This document shows positions 8,822 to 16,340 of a stretch of 36,732 nucleotides of DNA, piece by piece. Location of the stretch: contig JBAQWP010000083.1 of the NCBI GenBank assembly GCA_049298975.1, forward strand, positions 1 to 36,732, written 5' to 3'. The stretch comes from Minisyncoccia bacterium (GTDB taxonomy: Bacteria > Patescibacteriota > Minisyncoccia > Phycocordibacterales > DATDWN01). The first letter of the stretch is position 1, and every line of letters begins with the position of its first letter. The notes beneath the pieces are model-generated. The model saw only the letters and a list, made by a program, of their open reading frames with translations. It made no database searches and was not told the origin of the DNA. The position numbers and the translations under genes are program-made.

Positions 8822-9427
8822 TTACTTTATATACTTAGCAAGTACTTTGAAGTCGTTCAATAAAGTTTCCTTGTTCGAACCGTCGTAGAGAGCCACGGCT
8901 GGATGATAAAGAGGAATTATATTAATTGGTCCGTAGCTGGCGTTGGTCGGAAACTCTTTGCCGTGCAGGTCCCCTATAGCTCCAACCTTATCAGAAAGTC
9001 CGAATTTATCCATAATATATTTCATAGAAAATCTTCCCAAAGTTGCAATAACTACAGGCCTAATTATTTCTATTTGTCTGTCTAGAAAAGGGCTATACAG
9101 TTTTATCTCCTCTTCACTTGGATCTCTATTTTCTGGCGGTCGGTCTTTTACAATATTTGTAATAAAGACATCACTTCTATTTAGATTGATCGACTCAAGC
9201 ATCTCGTCTAAAACCTTACCAGATCGTCCACAAAAAGGCCTGGCTGTTTCAGCTTCGTTTTTTCCTGGTGCTTCTCCTACAAACATTATGTGTGCCACGT
9301 GACTGCCTTCTCCCACAACAGGAAAATACTTGTTTTGCTGTCTGTATTCGTATAAGGGTGAATCCTTAAGATGAAAGATCTCGTCCCTTATCTGTTTCAT
9401 TTTTTCAAATCTTTCTTCAAGCGACAT
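8822..9427 (-). CDS. Uracil-DNA glycosylase, family 4
   Basis: 201 aa. IMFVGEAPGKNEAETARPFCGRSGKVLD matches the family-4 UDG GE(A/G)PG..E...G.PF.G..G motif. Confidence 0.85.
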   Translation of the reverse strand: MSLEERFEKMKQIRDEIFHLKDSPLYEYRQQNKYFPVVGEGSHVAHIMFVGEAPGKNEAETARPFCGRSGKVLDEMLESINLNRSDVFITNIVKDRPPENRDPSEEEIKLYSPFLDRQIEIIRPVVIATLGRFSMKYIMDKFGLSDKVGAIGDLHGKEFPTNASYGPINIIPLYHPAVALYDGSNKETLLNDFKVLAKYIK

Positions 9428-9435
9428 ATTTGGTA

Positions 9436-10269
9436 TTATAGCATTTCTATTTCCTCCAAAACTTTCTTGACCTGACTATCATCTAACCCGATGGAAATTA
9501 GTAACTCCTTATTTTCGGCAAGTGATCGACAGAGAACAATACCTTTCTCAAGTAGTACTTTTTTCTGCCTTCCGGTAAGAGTGACCAAGCAAGTGAGTGG
9601 GTGAAGTTTTGCTTCTAAAACCATATCGTGAAGATTGCCCTCTGGAGGATAATTCCAGCCAACCATCTTAAGTCCTCCTTGGCAGGAACCGTACTCGATT
9701 GCAGTAGAGGAGAATTTTGTGTTTGTGACTAACCATCCTTCATCAAGCTTTCTCTTACCATCATAGTCAAAATCAACCTTACTCAAATCATCAAATCTCG
9801 CCTTCACATAAAGTGCCACTTTTAAGTCCGACTTAATTCCTAACTCATTATGAAACTTTGCCTCAACCATAATTAGCTTGTCTTTATTCCAGGCAACTAC
9901 ATCCACTTCATGTTCAACACAAAAACCTTTAACAATTTGTCCAGTAAGTGCATTAAAACCTTTATGTTTAAAAATTTCAGCAACATAATCCTCAAATGGA
10001 AAACCAGACGGACCCAAATCCATAATCGCTCTCTTTATCGAATATTTTAATGCGATTGGTTTATCGTCCTTGTGCAGCAAATCAAAAGCATGCTTGTAAA
10101 TTTCGTGAGTCGTAATATCTTCGGTCAAATGAGTTTTAATGTGACCTATTATATTTTCAACCATCCTTGTGTTTGCACCTGCGTGCCTCAAGGAATGTTC
10201 TAACTTAGTAGGATCAAATAGTTCTCTAGTCCCGTCTGATTTTATTACGTATATCTCTCCTGTAGCCAT
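9436..10269 (-). CDS. ATP-cone domain fused to a restriction-endonuclease-like (Mrr-type) domain
   Basis: 277 aa. The N-terminal ATP-cone pattern is VIKSDGTRELFDPTKLEHSL. The central nuclease-like core is EVDVVAW...LIMVEAKFH (D..E.K). Confidence 0.7.
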   Translation of the reverse strand: MATGEIYVIKSDGTRELFDPTKLEHSLRHAGANTRMVENIIGHIKTHLTEDITTHEIYKHAFDLLHKDDKPIALKYSIKRAIMDLGPSGFPFEDYVAEIFKHKGFNALTGQIVKGFCVEHEVDVVAWNKDKLIMVEAKFHNELGIKSDLKVALYVKARFDDLSKVDFDYDGKRKLDEGWLVTNTKFSSTAIEYGSCQGGLKMVGWNYPPEGNLHDMVLEAKLHPLTCLVTLTGRQKKVLLEKGIVLCRSLAENKELLISIGLDDSQVKKVLEEIEML

Positions 10270-10312
10270 ATTGAGCCATTATCTCAATAATTTACTCCTT
10301 GAGCAAGTATAT

Positions 10313-11401
10313 TTACTTGCCAATATTCTCAATTATTCCTCCACCTATACAAACTTCACCATCATAAAGCACAATTGACTGACCTATTGAGACTCCGTCT
10401 TGAAACTCACTGAAATGTACAATATATTTCGAGGATTCTTTTTTAATAGTACACCTATGTTTCTCCTGTCTATATCTTATCCTACAAGTCACCTCTAGTG
10501 GAAAACAAGGCTCCTCACCACTTATAAAGTGAATTTTTTGAATAGATATTTCTTTTACTGAGGTTACAATTTCATTTTCTAGATCTTTACTTGCTACAGT
10601 TATTGTATTAGCTCCTAAGTCTTTACTTACAACAAAACACCTTGGATCTTCACTACCTTTTTTTGTTATTTCAAAACCATGTCTTTGCCCTATTGCAAAA
10701 AATACTGCTCCATCGTGTTCACCAATTATTTCTCCTTTCGCATTAAGTACATTACCTCTCTTTTTCTGAATATAGTGAAGCAGAAACTCTTTCATATCTA
10801 CCTTTCCAATAAAACACAGACCCTGGCTATCTTTTTTCTCCGCTGTCGGCAGACCAAATCTTTTCGCTAACTTTCTAACTTCTGGCTTTGTTAGATGTCC
10901 AATTGGAAAAAGAGTGTGCTTAAGCTGATCTTGAGTTAAGGTATACAAAAAATATGACTGGTCCTTGTTCTTGTCTTTGGCTTCAAATAGTTCGTATTGT
11001 ATTTCACTTTCAACTTTTCTCGCATAGTGTCCTGTTGCTATATAATCCGCACCAAGCTCAAGTGCCTTCCTAAGAAAAACGCCAAATTTTACATATTTGT
11101 TACAGTAAATATCAGGGTTTGGCACCCTACCTGCACTATATTCACGTATCATATAATCTACAACTTCTTCTTTGTACTCTTTCTCACAATCTAATGTTAA
11201 AAATGGCACACCAAGAGTTGCGCAGACTCTCATAGCAGAACGTCTCTCCTCTCTCCAATCGCATGGAAGAAAATCTGGTGACCAAACCTTAAGAAAAACC
11301 CCGGTCACGTCACATCCTTCCTGTTTCAGTAATGCCAAAGCAACAGAAGAGTCCACTCCTCCTGAAACCCCAACAAAAACTTTTTTATTTTTAGCTTGCA
11401 T
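10313..11401 (-). CDS. mnmA: tRNA 2-thiouridine(34) synthase MnmA
   Basis: PP-loop VGVSGGVDSSVA plus a conserved ...DSQGLCFIG motif. The track start (11428) is a TTG. The ATG at 11401 (MQAKNKK...) lies 2 nt after the GNAT stop and is preferred. Confidence 0.9.
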   Translation of the reverse strand: MQAKNKKVFVGVSGGVDSSVALALLKQEGCDVTGVFLKVWSPDFLPCDWREERRSAMRVCATLGVPFLTLDCEKEYKEEVVDYMIREYSAGRVPNPDIYCNKYVKFGVFLRKALELGADYIATGHYARKVESEIQYELFEAKDKNKDQSYFLYTLTQDQLKHTLFPIGHLTKPEVRKLAKRFGLPTAEKKDSQGLCFIGKVDMKEFLLHYIQKKRGNVLNAKGEIIGEHDGAVFFAIGQRHGFEITKKGSEDPRCFVVSKDLGANTITVASKDLENEIVTSVKEISIQKIHFISGEEPCFPLEVTCRIRYRQEKHRCTIKKESSKYIVHFSEFQDGVSIGQSIVLYDGEVCIGGGIIENIGK

Positions 11402-11403
11402 TA

Positions 11404-11853
11404 TTAATTCAAATATTTGTCGACCCAAATGACTTCTGGACCCTTTGCAAAACAGTGTTTTTCAAGAAGTCCTAAAAACTTACCCCTATCATCGGAATTT
11501 ACACAAAGCATTATATATCTGTATCCTAAATCTTTTAGTATCCTCATTCCTTCTTCTATTAGTGCAGAAGCTATACCCTGTTCTCTACACTCAGGCTTAA
11601 CATAAAGATTTTCCCAAGTAACTTTAAATGTAGGCATATGGCAGGCATAGAATGAAAATACAATTACTTGATTATTTTGGTTTATTGCCACGAGTAAAAC
11701 ATCACTCCTGCTTTCAGACCACTTCTCTAATTGATCTCTACTCCAGAATACTCCAGCATCCATTACAAAAGCTTTCTCTGATAAACCGAAATTTATTATC
11801 TGAGTAATGTCACCTTTCTGTAATCTTCTAATTTTAGTTTTACTTAACTTCAT
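11404..11853 (-). CDS. GNAT family N-acetyltransferase
   Basis: 149 aa. REQGIASALIEEG resembles the acetyl-CoA binding motif A (R/Q-x-x-G-x-A/G). Confidence 0.7.
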   Translation of the reverse strand: MKLSKTKIRRLQKGDITQIINFGLSEKAFVMDAGVFWSRDQLEKWSESRSDVLLVAINQNNQVIVFSFYACHMPTFKVTWENLYVKPECREQGIASALIEEGMRILKDLGYRYIMLCVNSDDRGKFLGLLEKHCFAKGPEVIWVDKYLN

Positions 11854-11856
11854 AAT

Positions 11857-12612
11857 TTATATTTCCATGCGACTGTAATCATATAAGATCTTGCCTTCAA
11901 GATCATAATAACAATTTTCGTATGGATTTTTACGATTAGACAAATTCAAGGGATTTTTTCTAAATAAATAAACCTCACTCATAAGAGGCTTACCTGGATA
12001 AGCCTGAAGCGTCCAATTTTTTTCTGTGTCCGTAACAAACTTATTGTTTAGTCGAAAAGAACCTTTCTGAGAGAGACAGAACATAGCTATTTCTTCAAGA
12101 ATAAAATTGACTGACATTTCTCCAATGTCGCGGCCGGTTTTTAGACAATCATTTTCAACATGTTTTCTAAAAACCAGATCGTTTTCATATAAATCCTTAA
12201 CTGATTTAAAAGATAAAGGGAATACATCAGAGTTCTCAAGTAAAATTTGGCCAAATGTTTTAAATGAGAATGCTTTATGAGTCCACACACGGTCCTTCTT
12301 TAATAAATTTAAAAATGCATTCTTGTGTGAAATCATTTGTTCTTTAAATCTATCTCTTAATTTATGGGCTGGATCTTTTGAATGAAAATATAAATAATCT
12401 CCATACCACATCTCCATTCCAATTCCGTCTGTATATTGAATTTTAGAAGCAAGATGTTGCAAGTATTCAAAACATTTCTGAGGGCTTTGTTCGTTCCCGA
12501 TACGACTCATAGAAATACCTAGAAAAAAAATGCCTTCGGTAGTTGGAAGTTTGTTGATATCAAAAAATTCATTAGGTTTTAGCTCTGATTTCATTTTGAT
12601 AAAGTACCACAT
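11857..12612 (-). CDS. Hypothetical protein
   Basis: Long ORF with no family recognised. The track start at 12687 is a TTG buried in a GC-rich hairpin. I prefer the ATG at 12612 (MWYFIKMKS...) or at 12594. Confidence 0.5.
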   Translation of the reverse strand: MWYFIKMKSELKPNEFFDINKLPTTEGIFFLGISMSRIGNEQSPQKCFEYLQHLASKIQYTDGIGMEMWYGDYLYFHSKDPAHKLRDRFKEQMISHKNAFLNLLKKDRVWTHKAFSFKTFGQILLENSDVFPLSFKSVKDLYENDLVFRKHVENDCLKTGRDIGEMSVNFILEEIAMFCLSQKGSFRLNNKFVTDTEKNWTLQAYPGKPLMSEVYLFRKNPLNLSNRKNPYENCYYDLEGKILYDYSRMEI

Positions 12613-12652
12613 AATTTTGACTAAGTAAATCTCGTTGAGGAAATTCCTTTTT

Positions 12653-12759
12653 AGAGACTCCGTAAACCCAAAGCTTGGGTCCGTCAAGGAGCCCCGTTCT
12701 TGACGGATTTGGGTTGAGGACCAAGCTAGCTCTCCGCAGGAAGAGAGCGAGCGGTCTCT
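12653..12759. other. GC-rich multi-stem structured element (candidate cis-regulatory RNA or small ncRNA)
   Basis: Closing stem AGAGAC (12653-58) / GTCTCT (12754-59). Nested stems are AACCCAAA/TTTGGGTT, CCGTCAAG/CTTGACGG and GCTCTC/GAGAGC. An alternative pairing is GCTTGGGTCC with GGACCAAGC. It lies in a 176-nt gap between co-directional genes. Confidence 0.35.
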
Positions 12760-12788
12760 GAAAAGAAATTTGTGAGAAAGATATTTAC

Positions 12789-13814
12789 TTAGTATAAGTA
12801 CTTTTGCTTATTTTTCACGTGTTGTTCAAAAGTAACTGCATAATACATTTTTCCATCCTTGCCTGTCAGAAAATACAAATATTTTGTCACTATTGGATTA
12901 ATGGTCGCCATAATCGAGTTTGCACCAGGATTGCCAATAGGCCCTGGTGGTAAACCTTTGTATTTGTAAGTATTGTAGGGAGAATCAATTTTCAAATCAT
13001 CTTTTGTAAGATCAAAGGTGCTCTTTCCATTCACATAGTTGAACGCGGCATCTACCTGAAGTGGCATTCCTATTTTAAGCCTTCGCCACAATATACCCGC
13101 TACAGTTCTTCTAGAATCCGTGGTTCTAGCCTCTCTCTCGACAATCGAAGCCATAATAATCACATCGCTAAATTTATAGGTAGTGGTCGAAAGCCCAGGA
13201 ATATCAAGTATTTTTTTATTAAAATTTTTTGCCATCTTTTCAATCAGATCCTCTGGATTTACAGCTGGCGATACAAAATATGTATCTGGAAAAAGATAAC
13301 CCTCTTTTGATTTAGCAAGTGAAAGAAATTTTTTATCGTCAAAATTCAACAAAGTTTTCTCTAGATACTCACTTATTTCAAATATGTTCCACCCCTCTGG
13401 AATCGTAACTCTTGCAATATCTAAATGAAACTTACCATTCACCAGTCGATATGCTAGATCAAATGGTCCCTCCTTGCTATCAAGCAAGTAATCCCCTGCC
13501 ATAACTTTTTTCTCGCCACCTTGAATAATGACGTAGTTTCGAAATACAACAGGAAACTTTATGGCATGGATCTCGTACAAATTATTCGTAACTTCTTCGA
13601 GGGACTCTCCACTCGATACAGTAAATACTTGACCTATTGGGAAATTTTTGGGGGGTGAATGAAAGTATATGTACAGTATTACAAGTGCAAAAGCTAAGAC
13701 GAACGCTGAAAACGCACGTTTTTGAGAAATATCGACAGAAAAACCCATATTTGATAAAAACAATTTTACTTGCCTTACTCTTTCCAATATAAAGTTTTTA
13801 AACTTGTTATACAT
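12789..13814 (-). CDS. mltG: Endolytic murein transglycosylase MltG (YceG-like)
   Basis: 341 aa. It has an N-terminal TM helix and the YceG signature ...ASIVEREA... and YNTYKYKGLPPGPIGNPG. Confidence 0.85.
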   Translation of the reverse strand: MYNKFKNFILERVRQVKLFLSNMGFSVDISQKRAFSAFVLAFALVILYIYFHSPPKNFPIGQVFTVSSGESLEEVTNNLYEIHAIKFPVVFRNYVIIQGGEKKVMAGDYLLDSKEGPFDLAYRLVNGKFHLDIARVTIPEGWNIFEISEYLEKTLLNFDDKKFLSLAKSKEGYLFPDTYFVSPAVNPEDLIEKMAKNFNKKILDIPGLSTTTYKFSDVIIMASIVEREARTTDSRRTVAGILWRRLKIGMPLQVDAAFNYVNGKSTFDLTKDDLKIDSPYNTYKYKGLPPGPIGNPGANSIMATINPIVTKYLYFLTGKDGKMYYAVTFEQHVKNKQKYLY

Positions 13815-13830
13815 TTATAAGCTGGTATGT

Positions 13831-15141
13831 CTAAACTGGAATATTTGGTGGGGCTTCAGCTTTTCTAGAATCAACCCTCTCAAACGTTGGGGTAGCCAAA
13901 ACGCCACCAGGAAAGTGAAAGATTGTCGCAAGCTCCTCTGAATTTAGTATAAAGTGTGGACTTTTGTGTGGCTTATGATAATAAGCTCGTCTTTTGTATT
14001 TATCGAGTAAGTCTGCTTTCTCTTCATATACTACTTTCTCGGACCTCTTCATCCAAAGCAGGAAAAAATTTGAATGCCTATCAGCAACACCCCTAGCTGG
14101 TTTGAAACCATTTAAATGAGAGTTGAAATGAGTAATGCTATTTATTACACCACCTATGTTTGAAGGACTAAAAGATTCTTTCGGAGCTAAATATACCGCG
14201 CGAATACCGACATCAAACCCATTTTTAGATACGCTTCTGTTGAGCGCAGTTATAGTATCTCTCTCTGTTTCAGTAAGTTGCCTACCAGTTCCAGGCACAA
14301 ATTTTCCATCTGGTCCTTTTTCACCTTTTGCTCCTTCAACAATTTCATTTACCTTTACCTTAGCTGCTTCTTTCCATCTCAAATCCTTTTTCTCCCACCT
14401 GTCCCAAATATCGCTAGGTTTAAATGTTTGAAATATCTTAGCGTTACCCCAACTTTTTTTCGGATCTTTCTCTTCTGCTTTATGAGCTCTTACAAGTATC
14501 TGAATCCAAACCTGACTATCCCTAGGAATTGAACCTAGAAATTCTATTAGCGGTGTGAGTGGGTCAATCTTGTATTCCTCTTCTGGGTTTTTGTCCATTC
14601 CATAGTCAATATATGTCTTAATTGGAAATACATCATCTTTAGTCAAATCAAATTCTGAAGCCCATATTGACGTCTGACTTGGATCATAAGTCACTGGCAA
14701 AGTATAATCTGGCACTTCGTATATTTCTATTCCTGGGTATTGGGAGTATATATTTGCCTCAATTAAGTTCCTATGACCAACTTTTGTCCAAATATAGAAA
14801 TGAACTGAACCGTTTTTGGCTACAATCTCCAGCGAAAACCAAGACCTTACACCTCCATTCCAATATCTCTCAAACCAATTACCTTCTCCACTAGTCTGGT
14901 ACATGGAGTTAATAAAGAACTCGGCCGCATGAGGTGACTTAAATACATCTTTTGGTAGTTTAACTTCTAGCAATACATACTGTTGCTTTGCTAAAAACTG
15001 AGCCTGAACATATCTAACCCAAAGTTCCAATAAAACTGAAAATGTAAAGAGTGGAATCCAAATAAAGGATGTCCAGTATATAAACTTAAACAGTAATGTG
15101 AAACTGTCACTCGTAAATAAATCCGAATAAGCCTGAAACAT
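13831..15141 (-). CDS. Hypothetical membrane protein
   Basis: 436-aa ORF with an N-terminal hydrophobic segment (LLFKFIYWTSFIWIPLFTFSVLLELW). No family recognised with confidence. Confidence 0.6.
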   Translation of the reverse strand: MFQAYSDLFTSDSFTLLFKFIYWTSFIWIPLFTFSVLLELWVRYVQAQFLAKQQYVLLEVKLPKDVFKSPHAAEFFINSMYQTSGEGNWFERYWNGGVRSWFSLEIVAKNGSVHFYIWTKVGHRNLIEANIYSQYPGIEIYEVPDYTLPVTYDPSQTSIWASEFDLTKDDVFPIKTYIDYGMDKNPEEEYKIDPLTPLIEFLGSIPRDSQVWIQILVRAHKAEEKDPKKSWGNAKIFQTFKPSDIWDRWEKKDLRWKEAAKVKVNEIVEGAKGEKGPDGKFVPGTGRQLTETERDTITALNRSVSKNGFDVGIRAVYLAPKESFSPSNIGGVINSITHFNSHLNGFKPARGVADRHSNFFLLWMKRSEKVVYEEKADLLDKYKRRAYYHKPHKSPHFILNSEELATIFHFPGGVLATPTFERVDSRKAEAPPNIPV

Positions 15142-15167
15142 ATAATAGAATTATACAAAAGCCTAAA

Positions 15168-15195
15168 CAAAAAGACCACCTTTCGGTGGTTTCTT
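15168..15195 (-). terminator. Intrinsic terminator after 15198..16232
   Basis: GACCACC-TTTC-GGTGGT hairpin flanked by A/T runs (AAAAAGACCACCTTTCGGTGGTTTCTTTG). Confidence 0.7.
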
Positions 15196-15197
15196 TG

Positions 15198-16232
15198 TTA
15201 GGCAATCTCATACTTTCCTTCTTTGTTTTTCTTGAAGAATTTTGGATTTTGGAGATTTACCATTATGGTATTTTCCTTAACATACCTTTCTTTGAGAACC
15301 TTCTTTATGATCTCATCTTTAGTTAGTGGACCATTTTTCTGAATTATATTTTTGACTACATCTTTTACTACCCCAGACATATAGCCCCACTCTGAAAGCG
15401 CGTAAAGTCCCCTTCCAACCAAAACAAATCTTGGGTCCTTGATAAGCTCGTTATGAGTTGTTGCTACGTGAGCTTTCTTCTTGAACAATTCTGTAATTAG
15501 TTTTGCCACTTCTCTGAAGTGAATTGGTGATCCATGCCTTCTTATAACTAAATATGCATAGTCTCTCATTCCTTTAGCGTTTATATTTGAAGATCCAGTC
15601 TTGCCCCACTCCCCTAGAGGGTTCTTATCAATAAGCTTAGAAAGCTCCAACCACCTCCTAGCGATCTCCTGGTTCTTGTACTTTTCAGAAACATCCTTCA
15701 AATGCTCCAAAAACTTCTCGATCATATCTGATTCTAGTAAAATCTCATCATCTGAAAGCTTTGAATATAGATCCCTAATAGCCTGATGAACTCTTTTTGA
15801 CAAGTCTTTGTCTACTGTCCATCTATGTTTAAACTCCTCGTCCTCCTTATCTTTTGTAAATTCATCTCCAACAACCAAAAGGAAGTGGACTTGATTTTGA
15901 GTAGATTTATCCTTTGACAGGTGCTTTAACAAAGCCTCTTCAGATATTACTGAACCCAAGTCAGCCATAGTGGTTCTTAACTCGTCAAAAACCGCCTTTT
16001 CTTTAGCATATTCCTTAGACTTTCGAATATTCTGTATTGAATAGTTCTCGATCTGTCTTACTCTTTCCCTGGTGATTTTGTACTTCTTACCAATAGCCTC
16101 AAGAGTCATTCGTTTTGTGTCATTACCAAGACCAAAACGAGACACAATAACATCCTTTGATCTGTCTCCTAAAACACTTAAAAGTTTCTTTACAGACTGC
16201 TTTGGCTTAAAATTTGCTGTTGTTTTATCCAT
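15198..16232 (-). CDS. Sigma-70 region-4-like HTH plus HARE-HTH domain DNA-binding protein
   Basis: 344 aa. MTLEAIGKKYKITRERVRQIENYSIQNIRK matches the region-4 HTH of sigma-70. The C-terminal part (EVAKLITELFKK...FVLVGRGLYALSEWG) resembles a HARE-HTH domain. Confidence 0.65.
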   Translation of the reverse strand: MDKTTANFKPKQSVKKLLSVLGDRSKDVIVSRFGLGNDTKRMTLEAIGKKYKITRERVRQIENYSIQNIRKSKEYAKEKAVFDELRTTMADLGSVISEEALLKHLSKDKSTQNQVHFLLVVGDEFTKDKEDEEFKHRWTVDKDLSKRVHQAIRDLYSKLSDDEILLESDMIEKFLEHLKDVSEKYKNQEIARRWLELSKLIDKNPLGEWGKTGSSNINAKGMRDYAYLVIRRHGSPIHFREVAKLITELFKKKAHVATTHNELIKDPRFVLVGRGLYALSEWGYMSGVVKDVVKNIIQKNGPLTKDEIIKKVLKERYVKENTIMVNLQNPKFFKKNKEGKYEIA

Positions 16233-16340
16233 TATAATTGTTAATTACTAAATTACACTTAAAAGCACCTGTCAAATAGTGCCCCTTATTTCTATCACCT
16301 ATGAGAAAATAAGTCAAGCCTTGACCACAACTACCTATTC

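Noticed and set aside
12653-12759. Possible SRP (4.5S) RNA, tRNA or known riboswitch identity for the structured element
   Set aside because: SRP RNA should be one long hairpin with the GGAA-tetraloop/AGCA helix-8 motif. This element is multi-branched with a CGCAGGAA loop. There is no T-loop or cloverleaf, and no riboswitch consensus I can recall matches. It stays unclassified.
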